From Lytechinus pictus (lineage: Eukaryota), in NCBI RefSeq assembly GCF_037042905.1, contig NC_087246.1, positions 29,016,001 through 29,080,000 of the forward strand: a stretch of 64,000 nt of DNA, read 5' to 3'. Below, piece by piece: positions 1 to 11,100 of the stretch (positions are counted from its first letter, which is position 1; each line of letters begins with the position of its first letter). The notes under the pieces are model-generated. The model ran no database searches and had not been told where the DNA came from. It saw only the letters and a list, made by a program, of their open reading frames with translations. A program made the position numbers and the translations under genes.

Positions 1-1473
1 TTCATAAAGTAAAAAAATAATCCTCTTTGACAGAAAGCTCCCTGTAAGATCAAGTTTATTTTTTTTCATACTTGTAAGCATTTACTTCAATTCAACTGAA
101 AGCAATGACCCCCAATTTCCCTGAAAACGCACTAAAATAAAAACAGTTATCCAGTTTCCCACAAAGGCAGATCAAAATTCTTGCATGTACTGCAATACAA
201 TAAGGCCTTGTGTTTTGAACTCATTACACCGAAACAGTGGTTTTTCTAATAATTGTTCAACATTTTAGAATTCATTAGGTTTAACATCATAAAATTGGAA
301 GCTGAATAACAATGTAAATATGAGTATCACATGAAATCGAAACACTGAGTAAAGTGTGCATGATTGAATGAAGACAGACAAAGGTGGTTGATTGGGGAAG
401 GTTGTGTAGTGAACACAAACTAAATTTAGCAGAATGTGTTTATGTCTTAAGACATTTGACTTAGACATTTATTTTATTCAAGTAGGACGACAGAAGAATA
501 TACTGTCTAAATTCCATTAGACATTATCCAACATTCTACTCAATGCAATCTGGTGACTTTTTAGCAAAATAATTCAAATTTCATACATAGTATCAACTAT
601 CAACAATCATAGTCATTTTTGATAATTTTATGGAGAAAGATTCCTGCATAGTATGAGCACACAGATCACACAAATATTCTCAGGACTAATTTGCTCCATC
701 ACACAAGTTTCTTTTATGAGATGACAATATATTTTAGCCATTTATCTTGCATTGTACAATGTACAATGATCAGCATTCAAGAAAATATAAAGTAGCCTAC
801 AGGCCTACTATCAAAATCTATTCTATTAAAACTCCTCAAAAAAAGTTTGGAAATATGACTTTGATCGATAATTCCTCCTCGGTTTTAGTGAATATTAATG
901 TGTGATTGATATCAATGAATAGATCATTTAATTTTCTTTTAAAATGATACCCTACATGATATGATTATGGTTCACATGGAGGTGCAGTGCCTTGAAATGT
1001 GGAACAAGGTCAAAATTCAAAAGTTGCAAAAATGACACAATATTGAAAGTCACTGTTCTTTTTTCTGTGGTGATGAGTGAGTTTCTCAGTGGTTTCTTTT
1101 GTTTTCATGCACCTTAACCATGCTAACATCAACATTAACATGGAATCAAACACACCTCTGCACAAGCAAACACATAACAAACAAACAAACATGCATGGGT
1201 ATTTCAAACCACGACTCAAACCATGTTGTCTCATAGAAACATCACTACATAAACCACAACAAAACATCAAAATGAGGAAGCAGGGGCTTGATTTGAATGG
1301 ATTTTCATCTCTATTGACACAGACACAAGAATCATATTCTTTATTGTCCCTTCATGACTATTTCTGCTCGTTCTGCAGGTTTTCAATTCAGACCTCATCC
1401 AAAACTTTTGAATCCTGCTCTTTTCGTGACGGCATGATCATAACAAGCATGGTATCATGTTAAAGATAATTAA

Positions 1474-2057
1474 AGGGATGGTCCGGGCTGAAAATATTTT
1501 TATCTTAATACATAGAGGAGAATTCACTGAGCAAAATGCCGAAAATTTCATCAAAATCGGCTAACAAATAATAAAGTTATTGAAGTTTAAAGTTTAGCAA
1601 TATTTTGTGAAAACAGTCGTCATGAATATTCATTAGGTGGGTTGATGACGTCACATCTCCACTTTCCGTTTTCTTATGTTATTACATAAAATCATAATTT
1701 TTTTTCATTATTTCATACTTGTGTGAATAATATGTCTCCCTTATAATGAAATAAGTTGCAGCAATAAATATCTAATGCACTAAATCAGTTGTCAATCCAA
1801 TTTTTCTAGTTCTTGGAGGAAAAAATTTGAATAAACCTAATTTCATATAATGAAATACAAAAGAACAAGTGGAGATGTGACATCATCAGTCCACCTAATG
1901 AATATTCATGATGACTGTTTTCACAAATTGTTGTTAAACTTTAAAATTCAATAACTTTGTTATTTGTTATCCGATTTCAATGAAATTTTCAGCATTTTGC
2001 TCAGTGAATTCTACTCTATTTATTAAGCTATAAATACTTTCAGCCCGGACCACCCCT
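1474..2057. mobile_element. Non-autonomous DNA transposon (Kolobok-type MITE)
   Basis: TTAA|AGGGATGGTCCGGGCTGAAA...TTTCAGCCCGGACCACCCCT|TTAA; inverted arms about 200 bp; TTAA duplication with AG..CT termini. Confidence 0.85.
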
Positions 2058-2667
2058 TTAAATGATCTTTTGAATGATATATGCATTGTGTAAAATTGGG
2101 AGAAATTAATGGCCAAACTCAGATTTCCAAACTTATTTTGAGGGGTTTATAATTATCAGATCAATATTGTGTAGTAGGGGTTCTTCCAGTGGGTCATAAA
2201 CGTTATCTGTGGAAGGCTATACAGTATACTCATGAGCCATAATGGACTTCGTGATTGATTGATATGGTCCTACAGTTAATTTGTGGATTTACAAGAAAAT
2301 ATCTTTGCCAAATTCCTGTGCACGATCTTTTGGCAAGACACGAAATGGACCCTGATCCTTTTTGCATTTATTAAAAACAAATGATGTAGGGCGTCATTTT
2401 ATTTCAGTGATAATAACTACAAAATATATATTGTACAATTGCCAGATCTTGACTTCAAGCATTTAAGACAGCACATATACATATTGCTCACTGGAACAAA
2501 CAAGGAAGTTTCAATTTCTTTCATAATATTGTTTATGCCCACCTTACAACTAAAAAAAATATAGGTTATTAGGATGATGATCTTGTAATATGTCAAAATA
2601 GAAATATCATAGAGGGCTATGGATGAATGTCAGTAACAGCAGCATCAACAACCAGTTTCACTCACTG

Positions 2668-2881
2668 CATGGCCCTAGGAAGCGGGGGGGGGGGGGGGGG
2701 GGGGGTGCTGCGGGTGTTGTTCTCCATAGGCAACAACCCCTGGAATTCTGGTAGGTGTGGCAAAATGGAGAAATGTAACCAAAATGACCTACATTTTGTA
2801 GTGAAACCCTTTTTTTTTTGCTTGTCAAATTTACATTATAGGCATCCTCTCTAAAAAAATCATTCCAGGCCCAGGGCCCTG
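2668..2881. mobile_element. hAT-like MITE
   Basis: CATGGCCC...GGGCCCTG termini, exact 8-bp TSD ACTCACTG (2660-2667, 2882-2889), internal poly-G. Confidence 0.75.
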
Positions 2882-3067
2882 ACTCACTGTCTCATTTCTC
2901 ACAAAAAAACGTAACTATGAACACTAAAACCAAATACATGAATTTAACAAAGAAACTAAAAACACAAAAATGAATCAATACGAATAAGAAATAATCAAAT
3001 AATCAATCAATAACTCATGAATCCTACAAGAAAATAAAAACAGAGCTGTATGTGTGGTTTAACTTAC

Positions 3068-4955
3068 CAATGAGCGACATTTGAAAAACTCTTTGCATCC
3101 GTTAACTCGAAGAGAACCAGAGCTCCTGATGCCCCGTTGTAATGAGACTTGGTCAAGCTACGATATCTCTCCATTCCTATAGAATTGAATACAATATCAG
3201 TAATGTTTTCACATGTATATCAGAAGTATTTTGAGATCATACATGGAAGCAAGCTTTATCTGGGCTGTTCAACAGTTTCATTTAATATAATGTCTACCGC
3301 ATTTCAGACAGCTAGCCATCTTTCATGCAGTGTGGAGGACCTATATCTCATTCACACAATGTACTACTCCCCTTAAAACTGGGGTTCTGATTTTACTCTA
3401 TTGAATCTCCCTTTGTGATGAAATTGCAAAGTGGTGTTGATGAGTACACAGTAGACACTGATTATTTTCAAAAATTCAATCACGTAGACTTGGAATGACT
3501 TCAGTCCAGTGTAGGAAATAGAAAAGGGTGACAGGCCACTAAAAATTTGTAAAATGGTTCATGGAATGCTTTGAGACAGCTGTCTTTTCTAAGGTTGCCC
3601 CAATGTCTACCACAAACAACATTCAATAAAATTCAGGTTATCAATATTCTACATATAAAAATAGCAGAATATATGATTTGACAAAATAACTGAGCAAAAA
3701 GAAGCCCTTGAAATGAAAGAAATAGCCCCCAAAATTCAGCAATGGCCCCAATGTGGCAAAAAAACTGCCCGCAAAAGAAATAAAAATTATTTTCTACCTT
3801 GCATCGGTCGATGTATGAGTAGTAAAGCAAGACATAGTCCAGTGATACAACTGAAAAAACAGAGATCGATCACCTCTTACCCATTTCCTCCCATTTGCCT
3901 TCATTATTTTTTATTATTTTTTTTGTGGACATGCAAAGACAATCGTCTCGCGATCACGCATATTAGTTAGGCATGAGACTCCTACATTAGGTTTAGAGAC
4001 TTAGTGCATGCAAACAAATCAACGAGTACTGGTTCAGGTGCTGGTCAGAAAATTGGGATCGTCCCAGTTTACAGGGACCGTCTCATTTTCAAAGATTTCT
4101 CCACACAAGAAATCTCGGAAAGTTCATTCACCTATATTCAAGCGCCAACACTAATCAAGGGCAAAAGTCAGTGTAAACATATCAGGTTTCATTACAAGGT
4201 TATTGGAAGATGGCAAGTGATGAAAAATGGACAGTGAACTGGGGGGAATTGAGGTCACTGAAATTCAGTGAAATTAGGATTTACGGGGATTGAGAGTGCT
4301 AAAAATAGATTCAGTCTGAATTACGGCCTAAATTTAGGTCTAACTTATTCATTATAAATTTGTAAATTAATATATAAATTTATAATGAATAAGTTAGACC
4401 TAAATTTAGGTCTAACTTATTCATTATAAATTTGTAAATTAATATATAATTATAAATTTATAATGAATAAGTTAGACCTAAATTTAGGCCGTAATTTAGA
4501 GGGATTGGCTAGATCAAGTAGAACAACTAGCACTAGAACAGAAGTAGAAATAAAGGCGAAACCAACAAACACCCGTTTGGAGTCGCCTTTTTTAACACGC
4601 CTACAAAGTTGACTGACATTTTGTCACTCTTCTTCACCCCCCCCCCCCCCCCCCCCCTGCGACAGTGCGAGTGCAAATGAAAGAACCAGGCAGGAGACAA
4701 TAAACAAAAAAAAGAGCACGAATGGGACTACGTACCAGCAGTGTCGCGAATATCCAGCTGGATCGTCTTGTCATCTCGGTGAATTATTTTGCTTGATGTG
4801 TCCAGAGAATTTTGGTAACGATCAGAATCATCTAAATCAGATTGTGTATACTTGAGCATCAATGATGTCTTTCCGGTTCCAGCATCTCCTAAAAGGATGA
4901 TTTTCAAAAACAAATCAGCTTCTCCGAGCCGTTCCCGGGTCGGAAAGGAGGCCAT
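3068..4955 (-). CDS. Atypical Rab-like small GTPase, 5' part only. Exon 1 is 4955-4736 and exon 2 is 3176-3068; the exons with G4/G5 were not found and probably lie left of the window
   Basis: Exon 1: MASFPTRERLGEADLFLKIILLGDAGTGKTSL...KTIQLDIRDTA(G), with P-loop GDAGTGKTS and donor G|GTACGT. Exon 2 (TATAG acceptor, matching phase 1): GMERYRSLTKSHYNGASGALVLFELTDAKSFSNVAHW, donor TG|GTAAGT; it resembles RabF3-F5. The ATG is in an AAGATGG context. Confidence 0.85.
4315..4500. repeat. AT-rich compound palindrome (tandemly duplicated hairpin) in intron 1 of the Rab-like gene
   Basis: Outer arms AATTACGGCC/GGCCGTAATT; three copies of the palindrome CCTAAATTTAGG separated by two copies of an internal inverted repeat. 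Confidence 0.85.
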
Positions 4956-5012
4956 CTTTCCATGTTTCAATCACGCTCTAATATCGCTCTGATCTCTATC
5001 AATCAGCAAAGG

Positions 5013-5052
5013 TGACGTCATCGATCAAACAGCTGATATAAAGTGGGCGTGG
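5013..5052. promoter_or_regulatory. Candidate proximal promoter of the Rab-like gene: CRE plus Sp/KLF box
   Basis: Perfect TGACGTCA at 5013-5020 and GTGGGCGTGG at 5043-5052, about 60-100 nt upstream of the ATG. Function is inferred. Confidence 0.45.
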
Positions 5053-6672
5053 ACCGTGGTAGTTGAATTGTCTAAAGTATTGAGAATGGCGCGAAATAAA
5101 GCAAGTAAACAGTTTTACATCATTTTTAATCAAATAGAAATGTTTAATGGCTGAGCAACATGGGGCTTGATTGCTTGACTCCCTCAAAACATTTCATCTT
5201 ACAAATTATGCTCCACGGTGACTATATGAAAATAACATTACGTATGGGATAATTAGACTATTTCTCATACGTATATGTCCGTTTGTAAATAGTTTCCAGT
5301 CTGGTTAGCATCTTGACCTTATTTTAATACTTTTCATTTTGTAGATAAGTATCGGCTAATGATCAGGTTAATTATTCCAGTGCCCCGCTCACTCACAAGT
5401 CTTGCTTCTAAATGGGTCTTAAAACCAATTCGTCTATGTTATAATGAAACCGATGTGTGTTTACGCATTTAATATATGTATTGTGTATATTTATGTGATT
5501 ATAATTCGACGTCTTTGGTGTCAAATATAAAATTAAATTGATCCCCATCATATATCATGCTCCTCCCCCATTGCCTTATTTTGTCAGCATTCCCCTTTCT
5601 TTGCTTCTTCTAACTCTACGCTGCCTCGCTCGCTCCCTCCCTCCCCTTCTATTTTTTTTTTTTTTTCTCTCTCTCTCTCTTCTATCCACCCATATCCAAA
5701 GCCCCCCCCCCCCCCCTGCTCTCTTTCATTCCAGTCTAAGATTGGAACTCAGTAGTATATTGATTTTGTATAATGGGTATTAAAGTCTTCTAGATCAGAG
5801 GACTTGCATTTTCCATTTTTCAGAGGCCATTTCTAAACTTGAAAAACCACCTCCACCTAAAAGTCGCCTCACTCACCTGGTCAATTTGAATTCCAGTTGA
5901 GTGAATTAGACACCCCCACTTTATTTTTCCCTGATTTTTTTCTTGTCATTCCAGCTGTGACAGGGTTTTTAAATTGGTTACAATGTATAAGTATAAATCT
6001 TTCTATTCTAACTTAACAAATGAAAAAAAAAACAATTTTCAATTTTATATATATATGTGTATAAATATCTTTATTTCACATCAGAGTACATAATAACACA
6101 CTTGGTCTGAGGTCACCATGTATAATTAATAATGTATACATATTTCAAATTTCTTTGATCATGATATGCTAATTCCAAAGATGCATATAATATAAGGCCT
6201 GCCCCATTGAAGATGAAGGGGGCCAACCACTCCCCTTATGATAATAGAAAAAATACATTATGTAGATTTTCAAATGTAACTTGCCAGACCTGGAAAATAC
6301 TGCACTCTATCAACTTTTTAAAATTTCAAACATGATTAATCAGATTATCACTCCCATATTCAATCATGATTCATTCAAGAATAAGTTTAATTTCAATTGA
6401 TTTATTGGCTTTGAAATGATTCATGACCTCTACGACCTTTGACCTTGTTGTCCCTACATCAGCATGAGATCATGATCACATGATATACATGATCTAATTC
6501 TTCCAGTACAATCACAAGCCCGGAATGCATATAGGATATAGAAGTAGCCCTGGGTTTGTTCTATTGGAAAATTACTTTCACAAATAGGCAAAGTATGCAG
6601 ACTAGTCACAAGACAGGATTCAGTCAGTCATTAGTATAACATAGAATTAAATAAGTTTAATTACTGAATTAA

Positions 6673-7160
6673 AGGGGAAGTTCACCCTGACAAAAACTTT
6701 GTTGTAAAAATAGCAGAAAAACAATATAAAATATTGGTGAAGGTTTGAGGAAAATCCATTAAATATCAAGAAAGTTGTTACAATTTCAAGTTTTTTATTT
6801 GTAACGTCACAAACGAGCATATATTATGTAATATACAATGCATACATTTCATATTTTAATGATTCGTGATGACTTACTTTTTATTTTCTTCTTAGGAGCA
6901 GGTGTGAAATGATTTGTGTATTGATATACTGAAGGTACAATAAAAACCATTTTCAATTTTCTGAGAAAATTACATCTTATTGATTTTTTACTATACAATA
7001 TGGAGGAAACCAGCTCGCATATGACTTCACAAATCAAATAATTAAATTATAATAACTTTTTTATTCTTTGATGGATTTTCCTCAAACCTTTGCCAATATT
7101 TTTTTTATTATTTCTTCTGCTATTTTTACAATAAACATTCTGTCAAGGTGAACTTTCCCT
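6673..7160. mobile_element. Kolobok-type MITE
   Basis: TTAA|AGGGGAAGTTCACCCTGACA...TGTCAAGGTGAACTTTCCCT|TTCA; long inverted arms. Confidence 0.8.
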
Positions 7161-7855
7161 TTCAGCAGGAAACAAGTAAAGTAGCTCATGAAAGAGATGA
7201 AGGCAACTTATAATTCTAAATCTGAATAAAATCTCTATTTACATAAATATAATTTCAAAAATATTAGATTTAAAAGTATGTATGATCAAATTACTGTACT
7301 CTCTATCACTGAAAGAGAAATAAATGTTGTAATTCACTGCCAGCTAAAACTTGGGGTGGGGAGGGGGGGGGGGGGTCCTCAAGTGTCAATGGGTACTTAA
7401 CAAAATAACATAGGGAATGAGACTAATTGCACAAGTCAACCTTTCAAATGTCAAACAAAGTCAAAGCTAATTTTCAAAATATAATGTGCAAAGCATGTAT
7501 TACCTACCTATCTTAAGTTGAACAGAACTGTTCATTAAAAAAATTCTGGATCGTGAAATGCATCGTTAGCATGTGTTTATTTTAGGATGTTGAAGGTATG
7601 GACATTAAACCTCTCATAGATAGACATTAACAGAAATACTATACAAGTCTCTTTCAAGTTGTGATAAATTTAAGAGTCTATACCAATTAAAAGATTAAAC
7701 ATCAATAATATTTCTATTCATTGTATTAAAACCATCACATCATTAAACCCTTATAAACTCAGTACATACAGAATAACAGATATACAACTTTGTGCAAAAT
7801 AAATGGTATATTGAAAATAAGCCATGAAAGACTAGTTGCACATACACATTTCAAT

Positions 7856-8115
7856 AGGGACCCTGTCATACAAACAGTTTTGATTTGATCTAATTGATCT
7901 CAACTATGAATAGCCAGTGCCTTAACTGCATATGTCCATTCAAATTATTTTCTGAATATGATCTATGCTCATACATATATCATTAACTGGACAATCAGCT
8001 CCTCCGTATTTCCAAATGGACTTAGTATACATTTCCAGTATGAAGAATTACAAAGATGGATTACCATCGTAATGATTGATTGGATCTATCACAATTCTTT
8101 GTAAGACAGGGCCCT
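7856..8115. mobile_element. Small Harbinger-like MITE just 3' of the dehydratase stop codon
   Basis: AGGGACCCTGTCATACAAA...TTTGTAAGACAGGGCCCT imperfect inverted ends. Confidence 0.6.
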
Positions 8116-8148
8116 GATCACCCCCACTATATATACACGTAAGTCAAA

Positions 8149-11100
8149 TCATAGATTACAGGCTTCCTTGAATTTGAGCAACTGTTGAAGATTGATGGCG
8201 CCCCCACCGCACACGACGACCACCACACAGCCAAGCTTCTTGGGCAATTTGCCCTCGGCCTTCAGCTCACCTAGGACATCACTGTAGACTGCAGATGCGG
8301 CTGCCCCGCACGCTGGCTCAACCAAAATACGATGGTCATCTGGGGAGTAAAGACATATAGAAAATAATTGATTATGCATATTCTTGCTGTAGTGTGCTTA
8401 CTATTTTTTTCTTTATTTATTATAGGTCTATTTGTGTTCCAACATAATAGAAGTATTCGGGTAGTCCTTTATTTTTTCTTATTATCATCTATTGCCAATA
8501 TATGAAACATGAATTTTGTTTATGTTTTTATCATATATACATGCATGTAGAGTACCGAAGTGATGCATCACAAAAAACTTTTTTTTGCATTTCAGCATTT
8601 TTGATACCATATTTTAGTTGAGCATGATGCAATACCTCTACAACCCAAATTTGGTGGAAATTGGTCCATGGGGGCCTTGGATATGGCCTCACGAATACCT
8701 AATTAGCCCCATTGCAGTCAATGTATTATTGGTCTGGTTCTAAATGTTACTAGGAACCAGGCCAATAATACAATGACTTCAATGGGGCTAATTACATGTA
8801 TGTATTCATGAGGTCATCTTCAAGGCCCCCATGGACCGATTCCCACCAAATTTTGGTTGTAGAGGTATTTCATCATGCTCAAGCACAATATCATATCAAA
8901 AATGGTAAAATACAAAAAAATGAAAATTGATGATGTCACACTTTGGTACTCTGTAGAGGTTTGATGTATGATTCACTGACCTGCATGATCATAGTTCTCT
9001 GAACCTTAAAAAATAAACTGTACATAATGCACAATGTTTGTTTATAATTCATGTCAAAATCACTAGGAATTCTGGGTGGATTTCCTTTCATCAACAGGAG
9101 AGGCAAACAAATAAAAGAAAGCAAGGAGTTAATGTGCATGAATGCATAGGTATATAGCAGAAGGCACTGGAGCAAACATAAAAAATAATAAAAATAAATT
9201 GGAATGGCAAAACATGTAGTTTAATCTTGAAAGTACAATATATATGTTTAATTTGAGATTTCTTACTCCTAAAGAGACTGGGCCAATTTGAGGGATAAAT
9301 AGAGTGAAGGAAAGAGACCTGCTTCACACCCCCCCCCCCCCCCGATCTCATAGTTAAGCTTTACATCTGGATATACCAACTTTATTATGAATAAAAGTTT
9401 CTCAAAATTTCTCAGGGAAATAATAATGGAGTTGTGATCACATAAATCAGTCTAATTATCCTTTTACCTTTTAATTTTACATAGAATTTTAATAAAAATT
9501 TCATTCTTATGCTTGTTAGAATTATTCAATTTTCTTGGAGTGGACTTGGCCTTAAACTCAACAAATCAGAATCTCACTAGAATACAAGGGTACCCACCAA
9601 GTAAATGCAGGCAAGCATCTATGGCTCTTTGATCAGTAACCACACCAGAAAGAATATTGTGCTCTTTGTTAAGGGTTAAACAACGCTCAGTTACCCTCAG
9701 AGAACCAAGCGATTTAGCCACACTGATGACGAGAATTATAGCAAGATAGAAAAAGGAAGAGAAAATAATAAAATGAACAATACTTGGATATCACTTATTA
9801 GTGTTATGCAATTTTTTTAGCAATACCAAGGGTAAATATGATTACAGTGGAAATTCAGCCAAACAACTGATCTCATGATAACTGGGTCCGGTAACACAAC
9901 AATTAGCAATTAATTGTACGCTTGATTTTCATGATTAATTGTACCTCGTAGTCAATGCAATCAATCGTTAAAAAAATGCCTTACAATGATTGCTAAATTT
10001 TGTGTTACGGGCCTCAGGAGGTGTCATTCATCAATGCTTCTGACCAAGTGACAGTTGTTGAACCTTTTGAACAGGTGTTTCCTTGTAGACAGAAGTCCCA
10101 AAGATAAAGATAATATCTGATCAATTGTAAACTAATTACAATTGGTTACAGCTATATCACGTCTTCTCTTGATTAAACTGGGACTCCAACAATGATCTTG
10201 AAGGGTCATTGTCATTAATTGGGAATGAGCCTTTTGACTTTTTGAAAAACAGGTAGTAATATTTCATAAAGCTGGTTGTACATGACATGAATAGGGATCC
10301 TTTCTGTGCAAGATCAGATTCTTAGTAATTCTGTATTCCTGTCAGCTTAAAATTTTTGTTTATCACAAGCATTTTAATTCAAATTTCATAGTTGTGTCAA
10401 AATTTTTAAAGAAAAAGGTCACAAAAAACCCCCATAAATTGGGGGGGGGTTCTCATTTAGCACATCAAATGGTGACTAAATGTATGTTCCAGCTTTGTGT
10501 ACATGTAACTAATATGAAGTGGCCAGAGGTCCCTCAGAGAAGACCTAAAACAATCAGTACACTGCTTTAATTCGTACAAGCATTCATGTTTTTAAGCCAT
10601 GGTATAAAATCATTACTAAACCACTTGTGGACAAATCAGAGATTATAAATGAAATCTTGGTACAAAACATATCAGATCTGAATTTCCACTGTATAATCAC
10701 AGCAGAAAATCAAAAGTGCGCTTATTCCAAAAGTTATGGTGACATTTTCAGGCAAAAAAATAAATGAAGCAAACAAGTTATAATTTGTTAGAAGCAAAAG
10801 TTGTCTTGATGCAAAATCACCAACATACCAAGCAACTTCAGACAACCCTTTATGGCATCTTTGTCTGGAACAACACAAGGTATGATGGGATACTTGGAAG
10901 AATACTCCAAACTCTTTTCACACACGGTGAGGGCACCTAGACACTTGCACATACTGTAAGTATGAGAAGTAACAATTCTACATAGCTTGATATCAATCAT
11001 TCATTATTAATATTATTATTAATTGTTTGGCATCAGTTATGCCTTGGAGGCGAAAAGCAAACTGAATGACTCTACTAAAGTAACCAATTAAAGGAATGCA

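Noticed and set aside
2289-2393. Minus-strand frame FVFNKCKKDQGPFRVLPKDRAQEFGKDIFL resembles a Rab G4 region
   Set aside because: It is bounded by stops, has no in-phase acceptor and lacks NKxD; chance similarity or at most a decayed exon.
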